A stretch of DNA of 63,888 nucleotides, the filler included. It is 8 parts of 8 records of this genome, joined end to end, with 100 filler letters (N's around TTAATTAATTAA, not from the genome) between each part and the next. Parts side by side here need not be neighbours in the genome. Positions count along the whole stretch, not along the records: positions 45,391 to 51,469 come from DRR723986_44709; positions 51,570 to 57,744 come from DRR723986_45301; positions 57,845 to 63,888 come from DRR723986_45385; 5 more parts are not named here. One strand, written 5' to 3'. The notes under the pieces are model-generated. The model had not been told where the DNA came from and ran no database searches. It saw nothing but the letters and a program-made list of their open reading frames with translations. Below, in pieces: positions 49,264 to 58,270 of the stretch. Every line of letters starts with the position of its first letter. Within the stretch, counting starts at the first letter, position 1. The translations under genes were made by a program, and so were the position numbers.

Positions 49264-51177
49264 CTAGATCTCATCGCCCTTCCAACGCGTGAACGCCTCC
49301 AAGGCATAGAACTCAGGCAAGCCAATTTGATTGTATTTTTCGGCAGTCCCCTTATTGCGATCTTCTGCACGCTGCCAGAATTCTCGTGGATCTGATCCAG
49401 GAAATAGCGCTTCGTCTTTTTGACTCTCATGCATGAAGATTGCTTCCCGCTTCAGTTCAATGTCACTCGGACTAAGCGGAACGGCAATTTCGATTTCATC
49501 CAAAGCGTATTCCTGCCACGCTCCACGATAAAGCAGCACTTGAGGAATCGGCTTGCCCTCGCGAGTCATATCGCCGAGCACACTCAAGATCGCTTCCGCA
49601 CAAACGCGATGCGTACCATGCGGATCCGCCAAATCACCAGCGACGTAGATCTGATCTGGCTGCACCTCTTCCAATAATTCGCGGATAATCTGCGTGTCTT
49701 CAGAACCCATCGGGCGTTTGGCAATCGTCCCGGTTCGATAAAACGGCAAATCCAAGAAGTGCAGATCCTCTGGCTTGCAACCCACGTGAATCGCTCCCGC
49801 CCGAGCCTCGCTCCAGCGAATCAGAGCCTTGATCTTTAGCAGTGTTTCGTGATCTGGCTGGCCAGGAACTTTGTTTTCCAATCCCGAGTTAACCTGCTGC
49901 TGCACCTGACGTGATTTTTCATCGTCGATAGAGAACAATCGGTTGTACTCTGTCACCAGATCGCACACTCGACTTGCGTCGTGATCAAACACAGCGATGT
50001 TGCCACTAGTCATGTAGGCAATATGAACATTGTGCCCGTCCTCAACCATGCGGATCAGCGTCCCGCCCATGCTAATGACATCGTCATCCGGGTGTGGGCT
50101 AAAGCAAAGGCAGCGTTTTGATTCTTTGCCTGCCGGATGGTATTCAATCGTGTCCAGCATCCAGCGGAAGACTCGATGAGCGATCTGTTGTGCTGGTCCG
50201 TGGTGCCGCAACAATTGGTGCAAATCGTGCTGACGGAAGTCTTCGTCGTCTAACTTGAGGAGCGCTTTACCACTGCGTTCGCAAAGCCAAAGCACGGCAC
50301 GCTTGATAAGCGACTCGGTCCATTCTACCTTGCCAAGCACCCACGGCATGCTGACTCCCGTCAGATCACCCGATGCAGGCAAGTCCATCAACGCACGAGC
50401 ATCAACATGCTCCTGGAGGTAAGACGCGGGTACACGATCCGTGATCGTTCCTTCCAGTGTCTCGCGGATAATATTCGCCTTGTGCTCACCGAGCGCAAGT
50501 AAGAGAACATGCCGAGCGGACAGAATTGGCGACAACCCAACCGTCAAAGCCTGACTGGGCACGTTCGCTTCGCCGAAAAAATCACTCGCAAAGGTCTGAC
50601 GAGTTATCGGGTCCAAAGTACAAAGACGGGTTCTACTCTTCTGCGTCGAGAATGGTTCGTTAAATCCAATGTGTCCGTTGCGACCGATCCCCAACAACAC
50701 AATGTCAAACCCACCAGCCGCTTGGATCGCCTCATCATATCGCCGACAATGCAGCTCAACATCCGATGGAACGATTTGACTATCAAGGCTATGAATATTG
50801 TCGTGTCGTAAGTTAACGTGGTCAAAGAAATGATCTGCCAACCAGCGGCGGTGCCCCTGTGGATCATCTTTCGAAATACCGTAAAACTCATCGAGGCAAA
50901 AAACGACTACGTTTGAAAAATCCAGGCCCTCTTCCTGGTGAAGACGGATCAGTTCTCGGTAAGTGCCTACCGGCGTACTTCCGGTCGGAAGGCCAAGGAC
51001 CGTTGACTGCCCCAGATCCGTTCGCTCACGAATCAACCGAGCGATGAACTGGGCCGCGTGATAGGCAAGGTCTTTACCGGTCTGAAAAACGAAAGCAGGC
51101 AGATGGGTTCCGTTTACCGGACGAGCCCTGGATACCGAAGGCTGAGCAGACACAGGGCGAAGTTCGTTGGTAGACAC
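49264..51177 (-). CDS. nagB: Glucosamine-6-phosphate deaminase fused to a PIG-L-type deacetylase domain
   Basis: LGLPTGSTP, LDEF, LGIGRNGHIGFNEP; C-terminal SPHPDDDVISMGGT, DPHGTH, HESQKD. Confidence 0.92.
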   Translation of the reverse strand: MSTNELRPVSAQPSVSRARPVNGTHLPAFVFQTGKDLAYHAAQFIARLIRERTDLGQSTVLGLPTGSTPVGTYRELIRLHQEEGLDFSNVVVFCLDEFYGISKDDPQGHRRWLADHFFDHVNLRHDNIHSLDSQIVPSDVELHCRRYDEAIQAAGGFDIVLLGIGRNGHIGFNEPFSTQKSRTRLCTLDPITRQTFASDFFGEANVPSQALTVGLSPILSARHVLLLALGEHKANIIRETLEGTITDRVPASYLQEHVDARALMDLPASGDLTGVSMPWVLGKVEWTESLIKRAVLWLCERSGKALLKLDDEDFRQHDLHQLLRHHGPAQQIAHRVFRWMLDTIEYHPAGKESKRCLCFSPHPDDDVISMGGTLIRMVEDGHNVHIAYMTSGNIAVFDHDASRVCDLVTEYNRLFSIDDEKSRQVQQQVNSGLENKVPGQPDHETLLKIKALIRWSEARAGAIHVGCKPEDLHFLDLPFYRTGTIAKRPMGSEDTQIIRELLEEVQPDQIYVAGDLADPHGTHRVCAEAILSVLGDMTREGKPIPQVLLYRGAWQEYALDEIEIAVPLSPSDIELKREAIFMHESQKDEALFPGSDPREFWQRAEDRNKGTAEKYNQIGLPEFYALEAFTRWKGDEI

Positions 51178-51469
51178 AGCAGTCCTTTTCGGTCTTCAGA
51201 TTCATTGCGATTGAGAGCTGACCGGAGGTGATCTTCTAGGGACCACAACGCAACCAGGCCATCGGGGCATTGTCGCCTATTTGATGGCTTGCTTCAATCT
51301 GCGGCCCATCGAATCCAGGGCAAAGCTGAGTATTCAAAACACAGAAAACAGCCGCCCGAGCGTTGGCTCACGGTTGTAGAGCAATCGGAGATACTCGGCT
51401 GCCCGAGTCGTGAGCGCTTACGACTCGGAGAGTCGAGCGACAATCGTAAATGTACTTGCGTGCGGGAGA

Positions 51470-51569
51470 NNNNNNNNNNNNNNNNNNNNNNNNNNNNNNN
51501 NNNNNNNNNNNNNTTAATTAATTAANNNNNNNNNNNNNNNNNNNNNNNNNNNNNNNNNNNNNNNNNNNN
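51470..51569. other. Artificial contig linker
   Basis: N-run with TTAATTAATTAA. Confidence 0.99.
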
Positions 51570-51683
51570 ATGGCACAGCTGATGGCCACAGGTCATTCAC
51601 CACTGACCGAGGCCTTCTCGCTGGACCGCTTCAAAGAAGGCCGTTTCATCGACGAAAGCGTTGCAGCCGGGGTTGCGCACTAA
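51570..51683 (+). CDS. soxB: Sarcosine oxidase beta subunit, C-terminal fragment
   Basis: ...AFSLDRFKEGRFIDESVAAGVAH*, the typical SoxB end; lies upstream of soxD. Confidence 0.85.
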   Translation: MAQLMATGHSPLTEAFSLDRFKEGRFIDESVAAGVAH

Positions 51684-51777
51684 TGTGGCTCCAGCCCGAA
51701 TATATCAGAGTCATCGCTGACCGGTTCGGTCGTGCGGATGACTTTGGTCTCTCGGGGTGGGGACTGGAACAGCATTA

Positions 51778-52104
51778 ATGGCCTATTCCGAGGACATGGC
51801 TGAAATCATGCGCTCGGATCTGGGACTGGAGCCGGGGTTGACCGAAAAGAAAATGTTCGGAGGCCTTTGCTTTTTGTTCCACGGCAACATGGTCTGCGGA
51901 GTAATCAAAGACGGGGCGATGTATCGGCCCGGTAAGGATCGCGAAGCGGAGGCCCTTGCTGTCGGGGCACACCCGCTGTCCTTTACAGGCCGTCCCATGG
52001 GGGGACTGGTCGAACTAGATGCAGGCAGTTTCGAAGACGCGAATTTGCGCGCCACATTAACCGAATTCTCGCTGGCCAATGCGGCCAGCTTGCCACCGAA
52101 ATGA
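51778..52104 (+). CDS. TfoX N-terminal-domain protein
   Basis: MAYSE, EKKMFGGLCFL..GNMVCGV, FTGRPM.G, SLPPK. Confidence 0.82.
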   Translation: MAYSEDMAEIMRSDLGLEPGLTEKKMFGGLCFLFHGNMVCGVIKDGAMYRPGKDREAEALAVGAHPLSFTGRPMGGLVELDAGSFEDANLRATLTEFSLANAASLPPK

Positions 52105-52122
52105 AGTCGTAAGGATGATCAC

Positions 52123-52452
52123 ATGCTGACCCTTCAATGTCCCTACTGCGGCGTCGATGCCGATGAAACTGAACTGGCCAACGGTGGCGAGGCGCATCTT
52201 AAGCGCTTTGGCCCCGGCTCGGATGATGACCAGTTCCATGATTACCTGTTCATGCGCGAAAACCCCAAGGGTGTGCATTTGGAACGCTGGCGTCACGCCG
52301 CCGGTTGCGGCAAGTGGTTCCATGCGGCCCGATGCACCATGACCTTGGAAGTGTTTGGAACCTATTCCGCACAGGTCTACGCGCCTCCCCAAGAGATCAA
52401 GGATGCCATCACCGCCAAACGCCCGGGCTGGTCATGGAGAGAGTTCCAGTGA
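52123..52452 (+). CDS. soxD: Sarcosine oxidase delta subunit
   Basis: CPYCG, YLFMRENPKG, ERWRH..GC.KWF. Confidence 0.94.
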   Translation: MLTLQCPYCGVDADETELANGGEAHLKRFGPGSDDDQFHDYLFMRENPKGVHLERWRHAAGCGKWFHAARCTMTLEVFGTYSAQVYAPPQEIKDAITAKRPGWSWREFQ

Positions 52453-52520
52453 TCTTTCCTCGTTTTCTAAATACTTCCGTCGGGGGCTTCGATGCCTCCT
52501 CTTGTGAAAGGGTCTGACCC

Positions 52521-55500
52521 ATGAGCACCCGTCTCGAAAAACAAGGCCGCCTGATTGATCGCTCCAAGCAGGTTAGCTTTACCTTTAACGGCACCACCAT
52601 GCGCGGATACGAGGGCGACACGCTTGCCTCGGCTCTGCTGGCCAATGACCAGATGATGATGGGCCGGTCGTTTAAGTATCACCGTCCACGTGGGGTTGTC
52701 GCCAGCGGCGCCGAGGAACCCAACGCATTGGTCGGTCTTGGCGAAGGTAGCCGGTATGAACCCAACCAGCGCGCCACCACGACCGAGCTGTTTGATGGGC
52801 TGACCTCAAGCTCTCAGAACCACTGGCCCAGTCTGGAATTTGACGTGGGCGCGATCAACTCGTCGCTTTCACGGTTCCTGCCGGCAGGGTTCTACTACAA
52901 GATGTTCATTCATCCTCAGCCGTTCTGGAAACACGTCTATGAGCCGATTATCCGGAAATCGGCGGGTCTGGGCAAAGCCCCCGACAAAGAGCTGAAAGAC
53001 GCGGACACCTACGAACATTTCTACGCTTTTGCTGATGTTCTGGTCGTTGGCGGTGGTATCGCTGGTTTGCAGGCCGCAAAAGCCGCGGCCCAATCCGGTG
53101 CCAAGGTTCTGCTGCTGGAACAAAACGCCTATTGGGGTGGCCGTGCGCCGGTTGATGGTGGCACTGTGGGCGAGCAGTCCACAGATGCATACATTGATCA
53201 ACTGGTTGCTGAGCTAGAGGCGATGGACAACGTCACTCTGCGCACCCGCTGCATGGGCGCAGGTGTGTATGATCACGGCTATGCGTTGGGATACGAGCGT
53301 GTCAGCGACCACGTGCCCGGCGCGCAGGGACCACGCCACCGTCTGTGGCGGATCCGGGCGAAACAGATTGTGACCGCAACAGGCGCAATCGAACGCCCGC
53401 TTTCGTTCGCTGGCAACGATGTGCCCGGTGTCATGTTGGCCTCGGCGATGCGCGACTATCTGGTGAACTGGGGGATTTCCTCGGGTCAGCGGGTGATTGT
53501 TGCTACCAACAACGACGACGCCTATCGCACAGCGATCACGCTGAAAAAGGCTGGTGTGGACGTTCTACGGGTAGTGGATGCACGCCCAGAAGCGGGCGGC
53601 GCTTTGGCAGACGAAGCGCGTGCTTTGGGCATTCGCGTCGATCCCGGCAAAGCGATCGCCAAAGTCAAAGGCGGCAAGCGGGTCAAAAAGGTTGCGATCT
53701 GTAATCAAGAGGGCGTCGGCGGCGCGCGTGAAGAAGTTTCATGCGATGCAGTTGCGATGTCTGGTGGCTGGTCTCCGGTTGTGCATCTGTGGTCGCATTG
53801 CGGCGGCAAGCTAATCTGGGACGAGACGCAGGCGCATTTCCGTCCTGATGCCTCGCGCCCACCGCTGGGTTCAGATGGCAATGGCTTTGTTGTCGCCGCT
53901 GGCTCGGCAAATGGTCCGTTGGAGCTTGGCTCTGTGCTGCAAGACGCACAGACTGCAGGCGAAGCAGCGGCGAATGCAGCCGGGTTCACGCCCGTGACTG
54001 AAAACGCGCCAGAGTGCGAAACAACTGCAGAAAACGCGATGAAGGCCGTCTGGTTGATGCCAGAGAACGCTGAAATCGACCTGCGGATGAAATCTTGGCT
54101 GGACTACCAGAATGACGTTAAAGTTTCTGACGTGCAGCTAGCCGCCCGTGAGGGCTATGAAAGCGTTGAACACACCAAACGCTACACCACATTGGGCATG
54201 GCGACTGATCAAGGTAAGTTGAGCAATATTAATGGCTTGGCGACACTTGCTAATGCTTTGGGTGAGGAGATTCCGCAGGTCGGAACTACAACTTTCCGCC
54301 CACCATATCATCCGATTTCTATGGGTGCCATCGGTGGTGAGGCGCGTGGTGAGGTGTTCCAACCCGTGCGTCAAACTCCGATCCACGGGTGGAGCGATGA
54401 CAATGGCGCCGACTGGGAGCCCGTTGGCCAATGGCGTCGTCCGTTCGCGTATGTTCGGTCAGGTGAAACCGTTCATGATGCGGTGAACCGCGAGGTCAAG
54501 AACACGCGCGAACATCTGGGTTTGCTCGATGCCTCGACCCTTGGCAAACTGATCGTTAAGGGCCCGGATGCGGGCAAGTTCCTTGACATGATGTACACCA
54601 ACATGATGTCGACGCTAAAGGTTGGCAAATGTCGTTATGGTCTGATGTGCTCGGAAAACGGCTTCCTCATGGATGATGGCGTGGTTGCGCGCATCGACGA
54701 GGATACCTTCCTCTGCCACACCACAACCGGCGGTGCTGAGCGGATCCACGGTCACATGGAAGAGTGGCTGCAGACCGAATGGTGGGACTGGAAAGTCTAC
54801 GTCGCCAATGTGACTGAGCAATACGCACAGGTTGCTGTGGTTGGCCCCAACGCCCGCAAGGTGTTGGAAAAATTGGGCGGCATGGATTTGTCGAAAGAGG
54901 CGCTGCCGTTTATGGAATGGCGCGATGGCAAGATTGGTGCATTCAACGCGCGCGCTTATCGTATTTCCTTCTCGGGCGAACTGTCTTACGAAATCGCGGT
55001 TCCAGCAAGTCAGGGTCTGGCGTTCTGGAACGCGCTGTTGGAGGCGGGGCAGGAATTCGGTGTGATGCCATATGGCACAGAAACACTTCACATCCTGCGG
55101 GCCGAAAAAGGCTTTATCATGATCGGGGACGAAACCGACGGCACTGTGATCCCACAGGATCTGGGGCTGAACTGGGCGATCTCGAAAAAGAAAGAGGATT
55201 TCTTGGGCAAGCGCGCCATGGAACGGACCCATATGACCGACCGCAACCGGTGGAAACTGGTGGGTCTGGAAACCGTGGACGGATCTGTGCTGCCGGATGG
55301 GGCTTATGCTGTAGGCGAGGGCGTCAACGCCAACGGTCAGCGCAATATGATCGGACGGGTCACATCGACCTACTTCTCGGCAAACTTGAATCGTGGCATC
55401 GCCATGGGGCTGGTGTTGCATGGGCCGGACCGCATGGGTGAAGTCATCGAATTCCCCGGCACTGATGGAAAAATCTACAAAGCAAAAATCGTCGATCCGG

Positions 55501-55538
55501 TGATCTACGATCAGGAAGGGAAAAAGCAAAATGTCTAA
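52521..55538 (+). CDS. soxA: Sarcosine oxidase alpha subunit
   Basis: GDTLASALLA, RSFKYHRPRG, GGGIAG, KRYTTLGMATDQGK, GcvT-like C-terminus. Confidence 0.96.
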   Translation: MSTRLEKQGRLIDRSKQVSFTFNGTTMRGYEGDTLASALLANDQMMMGRSFKYHRPRGVVASGAEEPNALVGLGEGSRYEPNQRATTTELFDGLTSSSQNHWPSLEFDVGAINSSLSRFLPAGFYYKMFIHPQPFWKHVYEPIIRKSAGLGKAPDKELKDADTYEHFYAFADVLVVGGGIAGLQAAKAAAQSGAKVLLLEQNAYWGGRAPVDGGTVGEQSTDAYIDQLVAELEAMDNVTLRTRCMGAGVYDHGYALGYERVSDHVPGAQGPRHRLWRIRAKQIVTATGAIERPLSFAGNDVPGVMLASAMRDYLVNWGISSGQRVIVATNNDDAYRTAITLKKAGVDVLRVVDARPEAGGALADEARALGIRVDPGKAIAKVKGGKRVKKVAICNQEGVGGAREEVSCDAVAMSGGWSPVVHLWSHCGGKLIWDETQAHFRPDASRPPLGSDGNGFVVAAGSANGPLELGSVLQDAQTAGEAAANAAGFTPVTENAPECETTAENAMKAVWLMPENAEIDLRMKSWLDYQNDVKVSDVQLAAREGYESVEHTKRYTTLGMATDQGKLSNINGLATLANALGEEIPQVGTTTFRPPYHPISMGAIGGEARGEVFQPVRQTPIHGWSDDNGADWEPVGQWRRPFAYVRSGETVHDAVNREVKNTREHLGLLDASTLGKLIVKGPDAGKFLDMMYTNMMSTLKVGKCRYGLMCSENGFLMDDGVVARIDEDTFLCHTTTGGAERIHGHMEEWLQTEWWDWKVYVANVTEQYAQVAVVGPNARKVLEKLGGMDLSKEALPFMEWRDGKIGAFNARAYRISFSGELSYEIAVPASQGLAFWNALLEAGQEFGVMPYGTETLHILRAEKGFIMIGDETDGTVIPQDLGLNWAISKKKEDFLGKRAMERTHMTDRNRWKLVGLETVDGSVLPDGAYAVGEGVNANGQRNMIGRVTSTYFSANLNRGIAMGLVLHGPDRMGEVIEFPGTDGKIYKAKIVDPVIYDQEGKKQNV

Positions 55539-56097
55539 TCCCGTAAGCGCATTGAACCATGCATCATACGACGGCATCGCCCGTATCGACGAAATTGGCT
55601 TGCAGGGAATGATTACCCTGCGGGGGGATCTGTCTTCGGACACAATGGCGAAAGCTGTCTCAGGCCTCACAGGACAAGAGATTCCAGCAGTGAACCGCGC
55701 CAATGTTGTTGGGGACGCAGGGCTTTGCTGGATGTCCCCCGATGAGTTGCTTGTTCTTGTACCCTATGTACAGGTGGAGGCGAAATTGGCAGAGCTAAAC
55801 ACAGCCCTTGGCGGCGAACATGCACTGGCGGTCAATGTTTCAGACGCGCGGGCCGTTTTCCGGGTAACAGGCGACAGCGCGCGTGACGTGATGGCGAAGC
55901 TGGCTCCTGTGGATCTGTCCCCAGGCGCATTTGAGCCAGGTCATTTCCGTCGGACGCGTCTCGCACAGGTCGCAGGTGCGTTCTGGATGGAAACCGATGG
56001 CAGTTTTCGCATCATCTGTTTCCGCTCTGCCGCTGACTACGTGTTTAACCTGCTCAAGGTTGCTGCGCAGCCGGGTAGTAAGGTTGATGCATTTTAA
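55531..56097 (+). CDS. soxG: Sarcosine oxidase gamma subunit
   Basis: WMSPDELL, NVSDAR, FRS.ADY; overlaps soxA. Confidence 0.92.
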   Translation: MSNPVSALNHASYDGIARIDEIGLQGMITLRGDLSSDTMAKAVSGLTGQEIPAVNRANVVGDAGLCWMSPDELLVLVPYVQVEAKLAELNTALGGEHALAVNVSDARAVFRVTGDSARDVMAKLAPVDLSPGAFEPGHFRRTRLAQVAGAFWMETDGSFRIICFRSAADYVFNLLKVAAQPGSKVDAF

Positions 56098-56157
56098 TCG
56101 GTCAACTCTTGTTTGAGTTGTATACCTAAAACGTGCAGGTTAGGGTCCTTCAAACCA

Positions 56158-56580
56158 ATGAGGGACCCTATTTTGTTACGTAAAGCATTGATATCAAGTC
56201 TTTTGATTGCGTTCGCAACACCACTTTCTGCCCGCACGATTTATGAATGCACATTCACCAGATACGGTTTGACCAATCTTCAGAGTTTTATGTCTGAGAA
56301 AGTGTTTCTTGTTGAGAACGACGATGGGTCCGCTGCGGTTTTAGATGAAATCGTAAATAGTATGTACAAGAAGCCAATTGCTGCGAAACTGGTGACACGT
56401 AAAACCAGAAAGAAGTTTTCCTGGTTGACGAACAATGTGCCGACAACAGATACAACAACGTATAACTTAAGCTCAACCATCCGTTTTGACACAAACTCGG
56501 GTAAAGCCACCTACCGTTTGTGGTTCGGTGGGTATGATTCAGACGTCAACGCTAGCGGGACGTGCTCAAAGAAAAAATAG
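56158..56580 (+). CDS. Hypothetical secreted protein (two Cys, possible disulfide)
   Basis: Signal peptide ...FATPLSA; YEC...GTC; more AT-rich than flanks. Confidence 0.6.
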   Translation: MRDPILLRKALISSLLIAFATPLSARTIYECTFTRYGLTNLQSFMSEKVFLVENDDGSAAVLDEIVNSMYKKPIAAKLVTRKTRKKFSWLTNNVPTTDTTTYNLSSTIRFDTNSGKATYRLWFGGYDSDVNASGTCSKKK

Positions 56581-56595
56581 GTGTGCGTGAATATT

Positions 56596-57372
56596 CTAGT
56601 TCGTGAACAAAAAGCTTGGGAAACGGGTCAGATATTCAGTGTTTCCAAAGTCATCCGGCGTCACTCGCTTGCCTGTTTCATCGCTGATTTTCCCATAAAA
56701 GGATAGCGATTTAGCAAGCTCTTTCATGCGCAACTCTCGTTCCTTTGGGGTAAGAAAAGGGGCGTGAGTTGATAAATACAGCGCGGGGCCGTGTTCCCTG
56801 AGCCAAGGTAGGAGGGTCGGCAACACCGAATACTCCGCGCCTTCGATATCCATTTTTACGAGCGATACACGGGATAGATCCACAGAGCTGGAAAACTGAT
56901 CCCATGATATGGTCAAGGCATCAGTCCCGTGACCGTCACGGTTGCCGGCTTCGCTATTCAACAGGGATGACATGGAATCCCCAGCCTCTCCGCCAAAGCT
57001 GGCCATGCGGGCAGTGCCAAAGCTGTCGGACAGGGCCACCCCAAACGCCGAGACATTGCGCAGGTTGTTCAACTCAAGATTCCAAAGCAAATGGCGCAAC
57101 GCGACGGGGTCGGGTTCAAAACACATGACGTTTCGCGCCTTGCGAGCGCCATACAGGACCGTGGGTCCAATCCACGCCCCGATATCCAAATAATCACTGT
57201 TTGCATTCAGGTACTTGTCCAACACAGAAAATGTTTCGGGTTCCCACGTCCCAGACCCGGCTTTGCGCCAGAATTTGGAGTGATAGGGATCTAAGCGAAA
57301 CGCCTCTCCGTTCAGGGATCCGGCATAGTAGCCACGCGCTCGGTAGAACATTTTACGAACTTGTGTCAGCAT
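56596..57372 (-). CDS. FkbM-family SAM-dependent methyltransferase
   Basis: DIGAWIG, FEPDP, KMDIEGAE. Confidence 0.9.
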   Translation of the reverse strand: MLTQVRKMFYRARGYYAGSLNGEAFRLDPYHSKFWRKAGSGTWEPETFSVLDKYLNANSDYLDIGAWIGPTVLYGARKARNVMCFEPDPVALRHLLWNLELNNLRNVSAFGVALSDSFGTARMASFGGEAGDSMSSLLNSEAGNRDGHGTDALTISWDQFSSSVDLSRVSLVKMDIEGAEYSVLPTLLPWLREHGPALYLSTHAPFLTPKERELRMKELAKSLSFYGKISDETGKRVTPDDFGNTEYLTRFPSFLFTN

Positions 57373-57477
57373 CGCCCCGTCTCCTGAGGATTGTTTTGCG
57401 TCTCGGCCCTTGACCTGCGCGCGTGGTCAAAGCATGTAACCATGGGAACCGCAACATTTATTCAACAGGGGGCCGCC

Positions 57478-57744
57478 ATGGCTTTTGAACTTCCTGATCT
57501 TCCTTATGCACATGACGCTCTGGCATCCAAGGGCATGTCAGCAGAAACGCTGGAATTCCACCACGATCTGCACCACAACGCTTATGTGACCAACGGTAAC
57601 GCGGCAATCGCCGGAACCGAGTGGGAAAACAAGTCGTTGGAAGAGATCATCACTGGCACCTACGATGCCGGTTCGGTCGCTCAGAACGGCATCTTTAACA
57701 ACATCAGCCAGCTCTGGAACCACAACCAGTTTTGGGAAATGATG
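57478..57744 (+). CDS. sodB: Fe/Mn superoxide dismutase (3'-truncated)
   Basis: MAFELPDLPY, HHDLHH.AYV, FNN..Q.WNH..FW. Confidence 0.92.
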
Positions 57745-57844
57745 NNNNNNNNNNNNNNNNNNNNNNNNNNNNNNNNNNNNNNNNNNNNTTAATTAATTAA
57801 NNNNNNNNNNNNNNNNNNNNNNNNNNNNNNNNNNNNNNNNNNNN
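57745..57844. other. Artificial contig linker
   Basis: N-run with TTAATTAATTAA. Confidence 0.99.
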
Positions 57845-57951
57845 CGGAGCCGAAGAGGTGGAAGACGACGGCGTTCTCGATTTTCTTGACTCAAAGAAGC
57901 ACGAATTACGAATCGAAAAGAGCTGTCACCAATTTCACATGGGAGCCTGAT

Positions 57952-58134
57952 GTGGCAAAACAAATAGCCACACCAAAACAAGTCGGAGGTGGCGGCTACA
58001 AGTTTGAAGATCAGGTGTCGGCTTCGTTTCTCGTAAAAATGTTGAGCGGTGACTATCCGCTGAGTGCGAATGAAGGGCAAATAGAATCCGTTCGTTTTCA
58101 AGAACGAGTGGATGGTTGGGTTTCGTTCGGGTGA
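57952..58134 (+). pseudogene. Truncated N-terminus of a putative nuclease-NTPase (defence-type) gene
   Basis: GGGAG RBS plus GTG; GGGGYKFEDQVSASFLVKML...IESVRFQ.RVDGW, then an abrupt stop at 60 aa; family recognised from memory only. Confidence 0.45.
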
Positions 58135-58270
58135 ATCCCCGAATATCGTTCTTCGCTGCCAGTTGTGAATTGAAAGTTGGCGACTGTGCTGTGACTTCTT
58201 TCGTGCCCGTCACCCGCCGGCGTAGCACACAGGGAGGTGTGGCGACGTTGCGACTATCAATCGATGCAGG

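Noticed and set aside
12850-57844. Recurring TTAATTAATTAA within N-runs, and apparent clustering of N/P-scavenging genes (phoD, urease, sox) across the window
   Set aside because: The seven identical 100-nt linkers are artificial joins. The segments differ in composition and apparent phylum, so cross-linker clustering and apparent HGT are artefacts.
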